A DNA stretch of 64,000 bases from contig DATJII010000287.1 in NCBI GenBank assembly GCA_035493435.1, positions 5,723 through 69,722 of the forward strand. Direction: 5' to 3'. A program made the translations under genes and the position numbers. The notes below the pieces were generated by a model, which saw nothing but the letters and a program-made list of their open reading frames with translations, did no database searches and was not told the origin of the DNA. Numbering within the stretch: position 1 is the stretch's first letter; the number at the start of each line of letters is the position of its first letter. Shown in pieces: positions 1-9,444 of the stretch. Source of the DNA: Candidatus Limnocylindria bacterium. Lineage in GTDB: Bacteria > Verrucomicrobiota > Verrucomicrobiia > Limisphaerales > UBA9464.

Positions 1-1773
1 AACCCCCGCTTCGCGGGCCGGCACGCCCGGTTTGGCATCCTGCGAGGTCAGCGCAAATATCTTCTCCAACTCCCGCAGGAGTTCCTCGGAATCGATCGGT
101 TTTAAGAGGTAACCACCCGCGCCCATCTGGCGGGCCCGATTGACATCGCCATGGGTGTCAGCGGCGCCCAGCAGCATCAAGGTGTGATCGGGTGATATTC
201 CATGCCGGGTAAGTTCCTCCGCCAAGGCAAACCCGTCTTTCTCGGGCATTTGGGCATCTATAAGGAGCGCTTCGAACGGCTCCTTTTGCCGCAACGCCTC
301 GGCGAAAACTTCCAGTGCCACCGCCGCGTTGGGTGCCTGCGTGACTTGCATGCCCCACTCGATCAGGACCTGTTCCAGCATATTACGGCTGGTTTCATTG
401 TCATCCACCACCAAAACCCGGCGTCCGGCGAGCACCACCGGTGACGTCACACTGGCGGTGGATTCACCGAGTCTGAAAGGCACGACAAAATGGAACGTGG
501 TTCCGACCCCGACCTGGCTTTCCACCCAGATCTTTCCGCCCATGCTGTCCAACAATCGCTGGCAGATGGCCAAGCCCAGTCCCGTTCCGCCAAAACGACG
601 GGTGGTGGAACTATCCGCCTGGGTGAAGGCATCGAATATAGACTGTAATTTGTCGGCGGCGATCCCTATACCCGTGTCCCGGACAGTAAACTGCACGCGT
701 ACCATGCCATCCTCCACCCGGCCATCCGTGGGACCTATATCGACACTGACCTCACCCTTGGCGGTGAATTTGAGCGCGTTGTTGATGAGGTTCAGCAGAA
801 TCTGGCGCAGGCGCAGCGCGTCACCCACCAACTCTTCCGGCACTCCGGAACGGATGCGCCAGACCAGTTCCAACCCGCTGGAAAAAGCGCGGGGACCCGA
901 CAAGCGCATGATCTCCGCAAGCAACTCCCGCAGGCTAAACGGAGTCTGCATGATCTCCATCCGTCCCGCCTCTATCTTGGAGAGATCGAGAATCTCATTG
1001 AGGAGAGCGAGCAGGCTATTGCCCGACTTCCGAGCCGTCTCCAGATAGTCACGCTGCAAATCGGTGAGACTGGTTTCGAGCAGGAGGTCCGTGAGTCCAA
1101 GCAAGCCGTTCATGGGCGTGCGGATCTCATGGCTCATATTGGCCAGAAAAGCGCTTTTGGCGCGGCTGGCGCTTTCCGCGCGATCCTTGGCCGCCTTCAA
1201 TTCTTCTTCCACGGTCCGGCGCTCGCTCAATTCCTGGAGCATCCGGCTGTTGGCTTCTTCAATTTCAATGTTTCTCGCCGCTCCCTCCGATTCCTTGACC
1301 TCGGCCTGCTTGGGCGCGGCGTGGAGAAGCAGCCGTTTTTCCGCCATCACCCGCACTGCCTGCCTGACCTCCATCTCGTTTAGCGGCTTGCGGAGGAACA
1401 TGAGCCGGTCATTGAAACGGAGCTTGCGAGCCCATGGACCTTTCAAGGTTGAGGCCAAGGGAGCCGACATCAGGATAACCTGCAGGTCGCGATCCGTTTC
1501 CCAAAACCGGCCCGCCGCCCGAATGGCGTCGTCCTCGGTTCCCGCCGCTATATTAATCAGGGCCACCGCAAACGGATTGCCCTGAGCCCCGGAATTCTCC
1601 ACGGCCACGATCATCCCGGCGCAGTCCTCCACCGTCGTGCAGTCGAACCCGCCTTCAGTGAGCAGTGCCGACAAGGCCACCGGCGGCAAGGTGTCAATTT
1701 CGGGCTCCACCGTGGCGTCCATCAAGAGGAGGCGACGGTTGGAGAGCGAAGGTTCGACGGGGGGAGTATTCAT
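1..1773 (-). CDS. Hybrid sensor histidine kinase / response regulator. The 3-prime end runs off the window, so it is absent from the ORF track.
   Basis: I translated the minus strand from the ATG at 1773-1771, and the frame stays open to base 1 (591 codons). It has an H-box (FLANMSHEIRTPMNGLLG), HATPase motifs (NLINNALKFT, DTGIGI, GGTGLGLAI) and a C-terminal receiver (VLVVDDN, LLIDAQMP, YLLKP). The N-terminal receiver-like domain has Asn where the phospho-acceptor Asp is expected (AVALINIAAG). Confidence 0.85.
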   Translation of the reverse strand, partial: MNTPPVEPSLSNRRLLLMDATVEPEIDTLPPVALSALLTEGGFDCTTVEDCAGMIVAVENSGAQGNPFAVALINIAAGTEDDAIRAAGRFWETDRDLQVILMSAPLASTLKGPWARKLRFNDRLMFLRKPLNEMEVRQAVRVMAEKRLLLHAAPKQAEVKESEGAARNIEIEEANSRMLQELSERRTVEEELKAAKDRAESASRAKSAFLANMSHEIRTPMNGLLGLTDLLLETSLTDLQRDYLETARKSGNSLLALLNEILDLSKIEAGRMEIMQTPFSLRELLAEIMRLSGPRAFSSGLELVWRIRSGVPEELVGDALRLRQILLNLINNALKFTAKGEVSVDIGPTDGRVEDGMVRVQFTVRDTGIGIAADKLQSIFDAFTQADSSTTRRFGGTGLGLAICQRLLDSMGGKIWVESQVGVGTTFHFVVPFRLGESTASVTSPVVLAGRRVLVVDDNETSRNMLEQVLIEWGMQVTQAPNAAVALEVFAEALRQKEPFEALLIDAQMPEKDGFALAEELTRHGISPDHTLMLLGAADTHGDVNRARQMGAGGYLLKPIDSEELLRELEKIFALTSQDAKPGVPAREAGV

Positions 1774-2162
1774 GGAACCAGGGGAGGACTATGCGCTATC
1801 GGGGCCTGTCTTATTAGGGGGGGAACTCCCCTCGGCAGGGGGTTGTCCGGACGACGACCAAAGCCCTGCGCTATGCTCGTGTGACTTTTGTGGCAAAGGC
1901 CACCCTCCGGACCGGGAAAATCCAAGTCCGCGACCAAGGCCAGCCCTGGACATTGAGTCATCAACGATCTATCGAAAAACGGGGTTCAGTCACTGATCAC
2001 TGGTGGGTACCCCAAAACGTTCAAAAAATAGACCGTTGTCGAATGCCCGCCAGGCGGCAGCCCTCAGGCTCTGCCGTGGGTCCAGAATCGCGCATCCCGA
2101 CCGCGATCCAAGGATAATTTAGGAATTCATCCCGCCAAAGACAGCCAATACGCGACCGTGTT

Positions 2163-2597
2163 TTATTGCCCTTCGCGCGCTCCGCGTGTAAAGGCCCGGA
2201 CATTGCTGGCGTGGATACCCGCCTGCTTGGCGGAATCGATGACCTTGATTACATCCTGCCAGGTCGATTCGCCGTCGGCCCGCAGTACCAGTTTCGTCTG
2301 GGGATCGTTGGTCACAGCGGCCCGCAATTCGGCCAGCAGCTTTTCGGCGTTGACCGCTCGTTTGCCCAAGTAAAAACGTGGTTCGCTGCGGGCAATCGTA
2401 ATGATCAAAGGCGGCTTTTCCTGGCTGGCCCCTTTCTTGAGCGCGTCGCTCGATTCGGGCAGCTTCAGCGCAACGGAGGGCTGGTTCTTGAACGTCGTGG
2501 TGACGAGCAGGAAAATCACCATCACGATCAACACATCGATCAGGGAGATGATGATGATCGCGGGCGCCTGTCGCCTCTTGCGGATGTAGAACTTCAT
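2163..2597 (-). CDS. exbD: Biopolymer transport protein ExbD/TolR
   Basis: The internal start MKFYIRKRRQAPAIIIISLIDVLIVMVIFLL gives the typical single-TM ExbD N-terminus. Its ATGA overlaps the exbB stop. Confidence 0.85.
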   Translation of the reverse strand: MKFYIRKRRQAPAIIIISLIDVLIVMVIFLLVTTTFKNQPSVALKLPESSDALKKGASQEKPPLIITIARSEPRFYLGKRAVNAEKLLAELRAAVTNDPQTKLVLRADGESTWQDVIKVIDSAKQAGIHASNVRAFTRGAREGQ

Positions 2598-3217
2598 GCG
2601 GCGTTCTCGTCCCGTCCCCCCGGCTTCCGGCTCAGGTAGTGCCGCCGCAAGACCGCGTCGCACAGGGACTCCATTTCCAGTGCCAAGCCTTCCACCCGAC
2701 GAGTGAACAAGCTCCACGCGACCAATGAAGGTATGGCGACCACCAGGCCCATCACGGTCTTGTTCAAGGCCGCGCCAATCCCCTTGGCGATCAAGGCGTT
2801 ATCTCCCGACAGCGCCTGGCCGAAATCACCGAAGAGCGGTATGATCCCGTAAATCGTTCCCACCAGTCCCAAGAGTGGGGCTATGCCGACGATGATCTCC
2901 AGGAAGACCAGATTCCGCTCCATCTCGGCCATTTCCAGACGGGCTTTGACTTCCAGCGCAGAAATATTTTCCGATTTGGACCACGGAAGATGATCGAGCA
3001 CCGAGACTATGAGCCTGCCCAATGGCGACGGATTAACCGCACAGGCAGCGCGAAGCCGATCGGAATCTCCATCAGCCAGGGAATCGAGCAGATTGCGCGG
3101 CAAGATAATGGATCGCCGCAATGCCCAGGCGCGCTCTCCAATCAAGGCCACCGCCGCCACCGAAAGGAGCAGCAGCACATAGAAGAAAGGTCCGCCGTTT
3201 TTAAAGAGTTCAAGCAT
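2594..3217 (-). CDS. exbB: MotA/TolQ/ExbB proton channel protein
   Basis: The 207 aa product has three TM segments and the motif GIAPLLGLVGTIYGII. It is translationally coupled to exbD. Confidence 0.9.
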   Translation of the reverse strand: MLELFKNGGPFFYVLLLLSVAAVALIGERAWALRRSIILPRNLLDSLADGDSDRLRAACAVNPSPLGRLIVSVLDHLPWSKSENISALEVKARLEMAEMERNLVFLEIIVGIAPLLGLVGTIYGIIPLFGDFGQALSGDNALIAKGIGAALNKTVMGLVVAIPSLVAWSLFTRRVEGLALEMESLCDAVLRRHYLSRKPGGRDENAA

Positions 3218-3268
3218 ACGATTTCGTGGTCCCGTTTTCCGGCGCCACCGCCGGGGCAGGGTTCAGAC

Positions 3269-4414
3269 TCAATCTGTCGTGTAGTGAAAGGTAAAGGTGA
3301 TGGGACGCGTACTCTGACCGACGATTTTCTGCATGTCAGCCGGCCATCGGCCAAAGGACGCCGCGCCCAGGATGGCCGCTTCGCAAGTGAATGAAAGCGA
3401 TTCGCCCACATCGGAGGTCACCGTCTCCAGATCGGAGACCGTCCCGTCCGTGTGCAACTGGAATTTCAGAACCACCTTGCCGGACCGCTCGAAAGCGAAA
3501 CGCCCGTCCAACAAGGCAAACCAACGGGCTTGGACCGCTGCAATCATGTTCTGGTCGTAGTTGCCAAACGGGGACTGTCGCACGTCAAAACTGGCCTCAA
3601 TACCCATGCGACTGGAAGCCCCTTTTTGCTCCATCTTTTGGCCCTCGATGACGCCCTTCAGCTCCTTGGCCTGGTTGACCCGGGCGATGGGCTTGCGTCG
3701 GACAGGCTGGGTTTGGGCAATCTGTTCTTTCTGTTCGGCCTGCTCCGGACGCTCCTTCTGGGGCTCCTGATGCTCAGGAACGACTGCCTTGGGGCGCACC
3801 GGTTCCAATTCCGTTTCACCTGCCGTTTGCCCGCCTTCCGGTTTGGCCACCGCCGCAGTCTGCGGTTTCTTCTCAGGTTGTGGCGAGGTTTCCGGCTTTA
3901 CCGGAGGTTCCTCTTTGGCCACTTCGGGTTCGGGTTTGTCCGGTGGCTTCGGCTGTGGTGTCGGCGGAGGCGGCTGCGGTACCCCGCGTTTGGTATCGAA
4001 AGTCTTCGCAATGTTCTTCTGCTTGCCGTCCACCTGAGGGGCTTCCTGTTTCTCCTTTTGGGGATTCGGATTGGCCTGCAACGTGTTCTCTGTGGAGTAA
4101 AACTTGGCGTCTTTCGGCGACTCTGCACTGGCCAGCGTCGGATCTACTTCCATGAAGGTAAGCGGGATTTCCGTCTCGTCTGGGCGGGGCTGGAATTGCT
4201 TGAGGGGGTCCTGCGTCGGTGGTTTGGGTTCCACGGCAGCCACAATGGACTTGGCCCAGTCTGGGGCCGTCTCTGGCGAGCGTTTGACCCATTGCTGCAA
4301 GCTCCCGATACCCAGAAAGGCAATGATATGAAACAGGATCGACAGGGCGAAAGCCACCCACAAGGGGCGCCAACGCGTCCCTTGCCGCTTTCGTGTGTCT
4401 GTCTGCTTCTCCAT
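3269..4414 (-). CDS. TonB-like energy transducer with a Pro/Glu/Lys-rich spacer and a TonB-C-like domain
   Basis: It has an N-terminal TM (WVAFALSILFHIIAFLG), a long proline-rich spacer (PQPPPPTPQPKPPDKPEPEVAKEEPPVKPE) and a C-terminal beta-rich domain. It lies upstream of exbB-exbD on the same strand. I preferred the ATG at 4414 over the TTG at 4468 used by the ORF track. Confidence 0.7.
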   Translation of the reverse strand: MEKQTDTRKRQGTRWRPLWVAFALSILFHIIAFLGIGSLQQWVKRSPETAPDWAKSIVAAVEPKPPTQDPLKQFQPRPDETEIPLTFMEVDPTLASAESPKDAKFYSTENTLQANPNPQKEKQEAPQVDGKQKNIAKTFDTKRGVPQPPPPTPQPKPPDKPEPEVAKEEPPVKPETSPQPEKKPQTAAVAKPEGGQTAGETELEPVRPKAVVPEHQEPQKERPEQAEQKEQIAQTQPVRRKPIARVNQAKELKGVIEGQKMEQKGASSRMGIEASFDVRQSPFGNYDQNMIAAVQARWFALLDGRFAFERSGKVVLKFQLHTDGTVSDLETVTSDVGESLSFTCEAAILGAASFGRWPADMQKIVGQSTRPITFTFHYTTD

Positions 4415-4511
4415 TTCGGCCCGGGAATGTGCATGAAGACGGGCCGAGGAGCAATTCTCCCCCACCAACCCTTATCGATCGCCGCGCTCCAAAAATCCGC
4501 CCGCCGTCGGC

Positions 4512-5639
4512 TTACCGCCGCCGCTGCACCAAGACCCGGAAGGATCGTCCCATATGCTCAGGATGCGTCAATGTCTGGAACTGTCGCACACGGGCCGGGT
4601 TCAAGACGCCGAACTTCGCCGGATTGTTCAACAGACGGCCAAATACATCGACCAACCACCGGCTTTGCCAGGTCTGGACCACCGTGTCCAACCCGCAGGA
4701 CTCGCCCGCCAGGGCAATCTGCGTAAAGTCCACGTGGGACGTGATATCCGTTTCACCAGGGCTGCCCAATAAATCGTCGCTAGACCGATGCTGGCGGTAT
4801 CCGCGCAGGGTTCCATGGAAACGGTGAGGTTGGAAAAACTCCGGGGTCTCCAGTCCGTAGTCGAAAGTCATCAGCCAACCTTGAACCAAGGCGTTGGCGG
4901 CTTTTTTCCACCACTCGACCCGGGTTGGCGCGGTCTCAATCACAAAACGGTCCGGAAGAATATCAAGCAGCGGCTCCGGCAGATTGGGTGGTTCCCATCG
5001 GTCAGAAGAATCATTGCCCAGAAAGCACCACTCGAATCCCCACTCCGTGCAACGCACCCCCAACTCGCGCCAGCGGTGTTCATCGACTCCCCAACAAAGT
5101 CGGTGCACTGGAAACGCGTCCAACAGTTCGTTGCTGAAGATAATCCCCTTGATTATCGACGGTAAGTCATTGCTCCACGTGACTTTATCGAGAAAATCCA
5201 CCAGCGTTTTGCGCTGCCAAACCTGGCGTTGGGCCGACGGCTCGACGATCACATAATGAAGTCGGGCAAAGATATCGGGCCGATGTTCGTCCAACCACTC
5301 GAGCACGTCCTTGGCCAGGGTACCATCGTGGGCGCCCGCTTCGACAAGTTGGATAGGTTCCGCCACGTCCAACTGGAGTTCCTCGATCCAATCGCTGAAA
5401 CGAAATGCCAGTAACTGTCCGAAGAGCGGCCCCACGCTGACGCTCGTGTAGAAATCACCCCGGCGCCCGATCTTCTCGGAAAAGCGCTCGTAGTATCCGT
5501 GCTCGGGTTCATAAAGCGCCCACTGCATGAAATCGGCAAACGGCACCGCCCCGCCCTGCTCGGCGATGCGGCTCCTGATCAACGCCTTCAATGGCGCCGG
5601 TTGCCCGAACAAGCCCACACCAAAGAACCTACTCGGCAA
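4512..5639 (-). CDS. MidA/NDUFAF7-family SAM-dependent methyltransferase (DUF185)
   Basis: Motifs: FADFMQWALYEPEHGYYE, GDFYTSVSVGPLFGQLLA, LVEAGAHDGTLAKD. The ORF-track start is a TTG, so the true start is uncertain. Confidence 0.85.
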   Translation of the reverse strand: MPSRFFGVGLFGQPAPLKALIRSRIAEQGGAVPFADFMQWALYEPEHGYYERFSEKIGRRGDFYTSVSVGPLFGQLLAFRFSDWIEELQLDVAEPIQLVEAGAHDGTLAKDVLEWLDEHRPDIFARLHYVIVEPSAQRQVWQRKTLVDFLDKVTWSNDLPSIIKGIIFSNELLDAFPVHRLCWGVDEHRWRELGVRCTEWGFEWCFLGNDSSDRWEPPNLPEPLLDILPDRFVIETAPTRVEWWKKAANALVQGWLMTFDYGLETPEFFQPHRFHGTLRGYRQHRSSDDLLGSPGETDITSHVDFTQIALAGESCGLDTVVQTWQSRWLVDVFGRLLNNPAKFGVLNPARVRQFQTLTHPEHMGRSFRVLVQRRR

Positions 5640-5927
5640 GCGAAAGGCAAAAAAAGGGAATTCGTACGGCTTATCTTGCTATCGGAACAAACCGACATCC
5701 GCGCTCTGGTCTTTTACGTGAATGGTCGACTGATGGGGTGGCAGTCTGCGAACCGCCTCTCACGTTTCCTCAATGGGCGAAAGGGTCGCCGTGCTACATC
5801 ACGAATGAACGTTCATATGTTCATGATGTTCATGGGAAGGGGCTGGGGACGTCCTTTGATTCTCTTGCTCAATCCGGTTGGATCTGTCAAGCTAGCTTCA
5901 GTCTAGTTTAATTGCGTTCGGTCTCTT

Positions 5928-6179
5928 ATGGCCTCTCTTTCATTCTCTGTGCCCTTGGCTGAGGCCAAGAACAAGTTGTCGGAACTCGTCGAACGGGTAA
6001 GCCGAGGCGAGGAATTTGTCATTACGAAGCATGACATTGAGGTCGCGCGGGTCATTCCTGCGCGCCGACCCAGTCGTGCTGACGTAAGTGACGCCATTGC
6101 CAAGATGCGGGCGAACCGTTCCCAACGCATCGCTTCTACTGTGGAAGTCCTCACTTGGCGAAACGAAGGCCGCCGATGA
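5928..6179 (+). CDS. Type II antitoxin, Phd/YefM/VapB-like
   Basis: The 83 aa product begins SVPLAEAKNKLSELVERVSRGEEFVITKHDIEVARVIP. Its stop overlaps the start of the downstream PIN gene (ATGA). Confidence 0.8.
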   Translation: MASLSFSVPLAEAKNKLSELVERVSRGEEFVITKHDIEVARVIPARRPSRADVSDAIAKMRANRSQRIASTVEVLTWRNEGRR

Positions 6180-6604
6180 GCCAGGAGTTTGTCCTGGATT
6201 GCTCGCTCGCCATGGCGTGGTTCTTCCAAGGTGAGGCCACCTTGGCCACCGACGCCCTGCTTGACCTCCTGAATCAGGAGGGTGCGGTCGTCGTCGCCCA
6301 GCACTGGCCGCTGGAAGTGGCTAATACACTCCTCATGGGCGAGCGCCGTCAACGATGCACCCAAGCCGATGTAGCGCATTTTCTAAACATTTTGGGCGCG
6401 CTTCACATCGAGATCGACAAATCCACCGGAACGAACGCAACTCGAGTCACTCTAGACCTGGCTCGCAGCCAGGGACTGACTATTTACGACGCAGCGTATC
6501 TCGAACTTGCCATGCGTCGACAACTCCCGCTGGCGAGCCTGGACAAAGCCCTGCGATCCGCAGCCACGAAGGTGGGTGTTTCGTGCCTGCCTGCCGCGCT
6601 TTGA
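6176..6604 (+). CDS. vapC: PIN-domain ribonuclease toxin VapC
   Basis: The start MSQEFVLDCSLAMAWF carries the first acidic PIN residue. The later IYDAAYLELAMRRQLPLASLDKAL is a typical PIN C-terminal part. It is coupled to the antitoxin. Confidence 0.85.
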   Translation: MSQEFVLDCSLAMAWFFQGEATLATDALLDLLNQEGAVVVAQHWPLEVANTLLMGERRQRCTQADVAHFLNILGALHIEIDKSTGTNATRVTLDLARSQGLTIYDAAYLELAMRRQLPLASLDKALRSAATKVGVSCLPAAL

Positions 6605-6663
6605 ACTCGGAAAGACCCCGCCTTCCCGGAACACTCGGCGCCGCACCGAGAGGTCTCAACTGC

Positions 6664-6945
6664 ATGCAACACGTCCTGATCATTCACGAAGTCGCCGATT
6701 ACCCTGCCTGGAAGAAAATCTTCGACGGCGCCGCCGACATCCGCAAGGAAGCGGGCGAACGCTCCTACCAAGTCCTGAAATACGAGAACGACCCCAACAG
6801 AATCGTGCATTTCTCCGTCTGGACCTCGATCACCGACGCCAAGGCTTTCTTCGAATCTCCTCGCCTGGTGAAAATCCGCCAGGAAGCCGGGGTGAAGGCG
6901 CCGGATTTTATCTATCTGGAACAGTTGGAGGCCGGAGTTCTTTAA
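6664..6945 (+). CDS. Small dimeric alpha/beta-barrel protein (ABM/EthD-like), function unknown
   Basis: The 93 aa product starts at the internal ATG (MQHVLIIHEVADYPAWKKIFDG...VHFSVWTSITDAKAFFESP). The assignment rests on the fold-family pattern only. Confidence 0.5.
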   Translation: MQHVLIIHEVADYPAWKKIFDGAADIRKEAGERSYQVLKYENDPNRIVHFSVWTSITDAKAFFESPRLVKIRQEAGVKAPDFIYLEQLEAGVL

Positions 6946-6961
6946 TTAGTTCCAAAGACGG

Positions 6962-7480
6962 CTACCATTTCGCGGCGTAAAATCCGGCGAAGCGCAGCCT
7001 GGGATCGGCTCGGGTGCCGCTGATTCTGATACGCACGGCTTCCGCGCGTTGCGGCTGCCAGCGAACAAGGCGTTTCCTGCCAATCGTGGAGCCCTTGCCG
7101 CATTCGCGCCACTTGTCAGCGTCGAGCAGGTCCACCTTGAATGACTCCACGCGCTGTCCTTTTGTAAAGGCTTCGCCGACCATGAGCGTAGTTACGTACC
7201 TCGGTCGTGGCGGCCGATAAACGTCATCGGTATTTCCGAGTGAATCCGTGGAACGTTCGGCCACTGCCCCTTCCACCAATTTCGTACCGAACGAGCCGGT
7301 AAACCAACGTCTCGGCCTCGCCGTCCGGAAAAGCGCCGCCCATCCACACCTCGGGGATCTAGCCGTAGCCGTGAGTAACACGCGCAATTGGGCTCGATAG
7401 ACGCTGTTATAGGTTGGTGTACCAAAAGGCGGCGTTTCTTGACAAAGATCGGTCGGCAGGACGCAATGGGGAATGACCAC
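6962..7480 (-). pseudogene. C-terminal remnant of a GH29 alpha-L-fucosidase-type gene; the catalytic domain is missing
   Basis: The tail FTKGQRVESFKVDLLDADKWRECGKGSTIGRKRLVRWQPQRAEAVRIRISGTRADPRLRFAGFY matches the fucosidase C-terminal beta-sandwich pattern. Only about 80 bp separate it from the divergent next gene, so there is no room for a catalytic domain. Confidence 0.45.
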
Positions 7481-7559
7481 GCAAACCGGTTTCCTGTCGG
7501 GATGTTTCCGTGGTAATGGCTTGGCTGGCTTTTCAACCGCCGGAAGGGCATCCCGCTGA

Positions 7560-8189
7560 ATGAGACGGCGCTTTTACGGATTCACTCGCGATTTTCACCT
7601 GTATCTCGGGCTGTTCGGCAGCCCGTTCGTACTACTCTTCTCGGTCGCTGTGTTCTTTTTAGTTCATACGTGGCTGCCACGGCTCGGCTCCCCGACGTCC
7701 GACACGCGGCTTGTGCCGGCCTTGCTGCTGCCCGGTGATCTGCGGACCCTTTCGGGTCGACCCCTCATCGACGCTCTCCGGCCGATCCTGAAGACGGCGG
7801 GCGCCCAGGGTGAGGTCGGCTTCGTCAGCCGCTTGGTCAAGGAAGATGCGCTGCTCATCCCGGTGACGATCCCTGGACGCGAGACGACTGTGACCCTCAA
7901 CCTCGCCACTGGTGACGCCACCGTTGTGACCCGAGAGGTAGGTCTGGCCTCCGCGCTCGCGATCCTCCACCGATCCCCGGGCGAACATGCGCCAGCGATA
8001 CGGATGAATTGGTTCTGGATGAAGGCGTGGCGCTGGATGGCTGACACCACGGCCTATCTCATCTTGTTCATCTCGGTCAGCGGCATCTACCTCTGGTACG
8101 TCCTGCGCGCGGAACGCCGTGTTGGATTTGCACTGCTCTTCGCGGGGGCGCTGTCGCTTTTCGGATTAGCCTATGCTCTCAGTTACTGA
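7560..8189 (+). CDS. PepSY-associated TM helix domain protein
   Basis: The N-terminus RRRFYGFTRDFHLYLGLFGSPFVLLFSVAVFFLV and a C-terminal TM pair are typical of the PepSY_TM family. Confidence 0.75.
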   Translation: MRRRFYGFTRDFHLYLGLFGSPFVLLFSVAVFFLVHTWLPRLGSPTSDTRLVPALLLPGDLRTLSGRPLIDALRPILKTAGAQGEVGFVSRLVKEDALLIPVTIPGRETTVTLNLATGDATVVTREVGLASALAILHRSPGEHAPAIRMNWFWMKAWRWMADTTAYLILFISVSGIYLWYVLRAERRVGFALLFAGALSLFGLAYALSY

Positions 8190-8868
8190 AACCACCGCCG
8201 CCGGCAACTCTCCGTCTCCGGCCCCCTCTCGCTTGCGGGTCCGACTGGAGCGCTGGAACCGCAAGCTGCACTATTATGCCGGTCTGTTCCTGCTCTTCTT
8301 CATGTGGCTGTTTGCGGTCACTGGTCTGATCCTGAACCATCCGACCTGGAGTTTCGCCGAATCCTGGACCAAACGCACCGATACTACCACGGAACGCGTA
8401 ATCACAGCGCTCGACCCCGAGCTCCGCGGTGACCTCGCGCAGGCCCAAGGCATCATGCGACAGTTGGGGATCAAGGGTGAAATACTATGGACGACGGCCC
8501 GTACGAACGACGGTCGGTTCGATTTCCAGGTCCGGCGACCCGGCCATTACTACTTCCTCAAGGCCGATCTAACGCAAAATCGCGTCACCCTACGGCACAG
8601 CACGGTGAACCTGTGGGGCGTGATGAAAGTGCTCCATGTGTTCTCGGGAGTGAGCCTCGACGATCCCCGTCAAAGCCGTGACTGGACCCTGACTACGATC
8701 TGGGCCTTTTCGATGGATGCCGTGGCCGCCGGCCTGATTTTCATGGTGCTGAGCAGCCTGTATATGTGGTGGGACCTGCCCCAGAAACGTGTGGCCGGCG
8801 CGGTCGTGCTCGGTCTCGGGACGCTGGTCTGCGGACTGTTCTGCCTTGGCCTCCGCTGGTTGTATTGA
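8173..8868 (+). CDS. PepSY-associated TM helix domain protein (tandem paralog)
   Basis: It contains RWNRKLHYYAGLFLLFFMWLFAVTGLILNHP and overlaps the upstream paralog by 17 nt. Confidence 0.75.
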   Translation: MLSVTETTAAGNSPSPAPSRLRVRLERWNRKLHYYAGLFLLFFMWLFAVTGLILNHPTWSFAESWTKRTDTTTERVITALDPELRGDLAQAQGIMRQLGIKGEILWTTARTNDGRFDFQVRRPGHYYFLKADLTQNRVTLRHSTVNLWGVMKVLHVFSGVSLDDPRQSRDWTLTTIWAFSMDAVAAGLIFMVLSSLYMWWDLPQKRVAGAVVLGLGTLVCGLFCLGLRWLY

Positions 8869-8964
8869 CGGGAATCCGCGGCGGGCGCCAACTCACCCGC
8901 GATGGAAGTGGGAATCACCAATCACGTCTGGAGCTTGGCAGAAATCGCGAATTTGACGGCTTGA
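8869..8964 (+). mobile_element. Relic of the 3-prime end of an IS transposase gene (about 31 codons plus the stop)
   Basis: The reading frame directly after the PepSY stop gives RESAAGANSPAMEVGITNHVWSLAEIANLTA*. This resembles the C-terminal tail (TPAMAAGxTDHVWS) that I recall from IS1-like transposases. No upstream transposase body is present. Confidence 0.4.
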
Positions 8965-9021
8965 TCTCGCTGAGGCTCCAATTCAGCATTTCTGCCATTG
9001 GGCGTTTTGTGCCACAATATT

Positions 9022-9444
9022 ATGAAGAGATCGCTCATTGCACTGGTTCTTGTTTGTGCTTCATCGTGCAGCACTCCCGTGGGCGTGCCAAAATCCACCG
9101 ACCAGGCAAGCATACAGGGGGTTTGGCTGGCATATTCAGAAAGTCAAAACGGCCACCAAAGAAACGTGGATTATCAGTATACCTTCAGAGGGGACAGGGT
9201 TACCTTCAAAGACGAAAACGGGAAGGAGATGAAGTATTCGTTCAAGTTGGATACTGCCAGCAGCCTCAAGCTCATTATTATTCAGCCAGAGGAGGCGCCT
9301 GCCAATTCGGCACCGGTCAGCGTTGCCTATGAGTTGAACGGAGATTCGTTGAAGATCGTGGTCGCCAGTCCTGGTTTGCGCCCCACTGAAATATCAGACA
9401 AAAACAATCAGGAGTTGATTGTCTGCAAGCGAAAAAGTCTATAA
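9022..9444 (+). CDS. TIGR03067-type lipoprotein (a PVC-specific domain)
   Basis: It has a lipobox (MKRSLIALVLVCASSC). It also has QGVWLAYSESQNG...YSFKLDTASSLKLIII...YELNGDSLKIVVASPGLRPTEI, which matches the TIGR03067 pattern. Confidence 0.7.
   Translation: MKRSLIALVLVCASSCSTPVGVPKSTDQASIQGVWLAYSESQNGHQRNVDYQYTFRGDRVTFKDENGKEMKYSFKLDTASSLKLIIIQPEEAPANSAPVSVAYELNGDSLKIVVASPGLRPTEISDKNNQELIVCKRKSL

Noticed and set aside
3452-4726. A long 424 aa plus-strand ORF, and similar long antisense ORFs elsewhere: 24200-25363 (+), 44973-46046 (-), 57709-58602 (-), 58683-59426 (-), 16120-16764 (-), 14979-15671 (-), 9788-10429 (-), 329-1048 (+) and 1064-1585 (+).
   Set aside because: Each lies antisense or out of frame to a gene with clear family motifs. 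Their translations are Arg/Gly/Pro/Leu-rich low-complexity sequences typical of shadow ORFs in GC-rich DNA.
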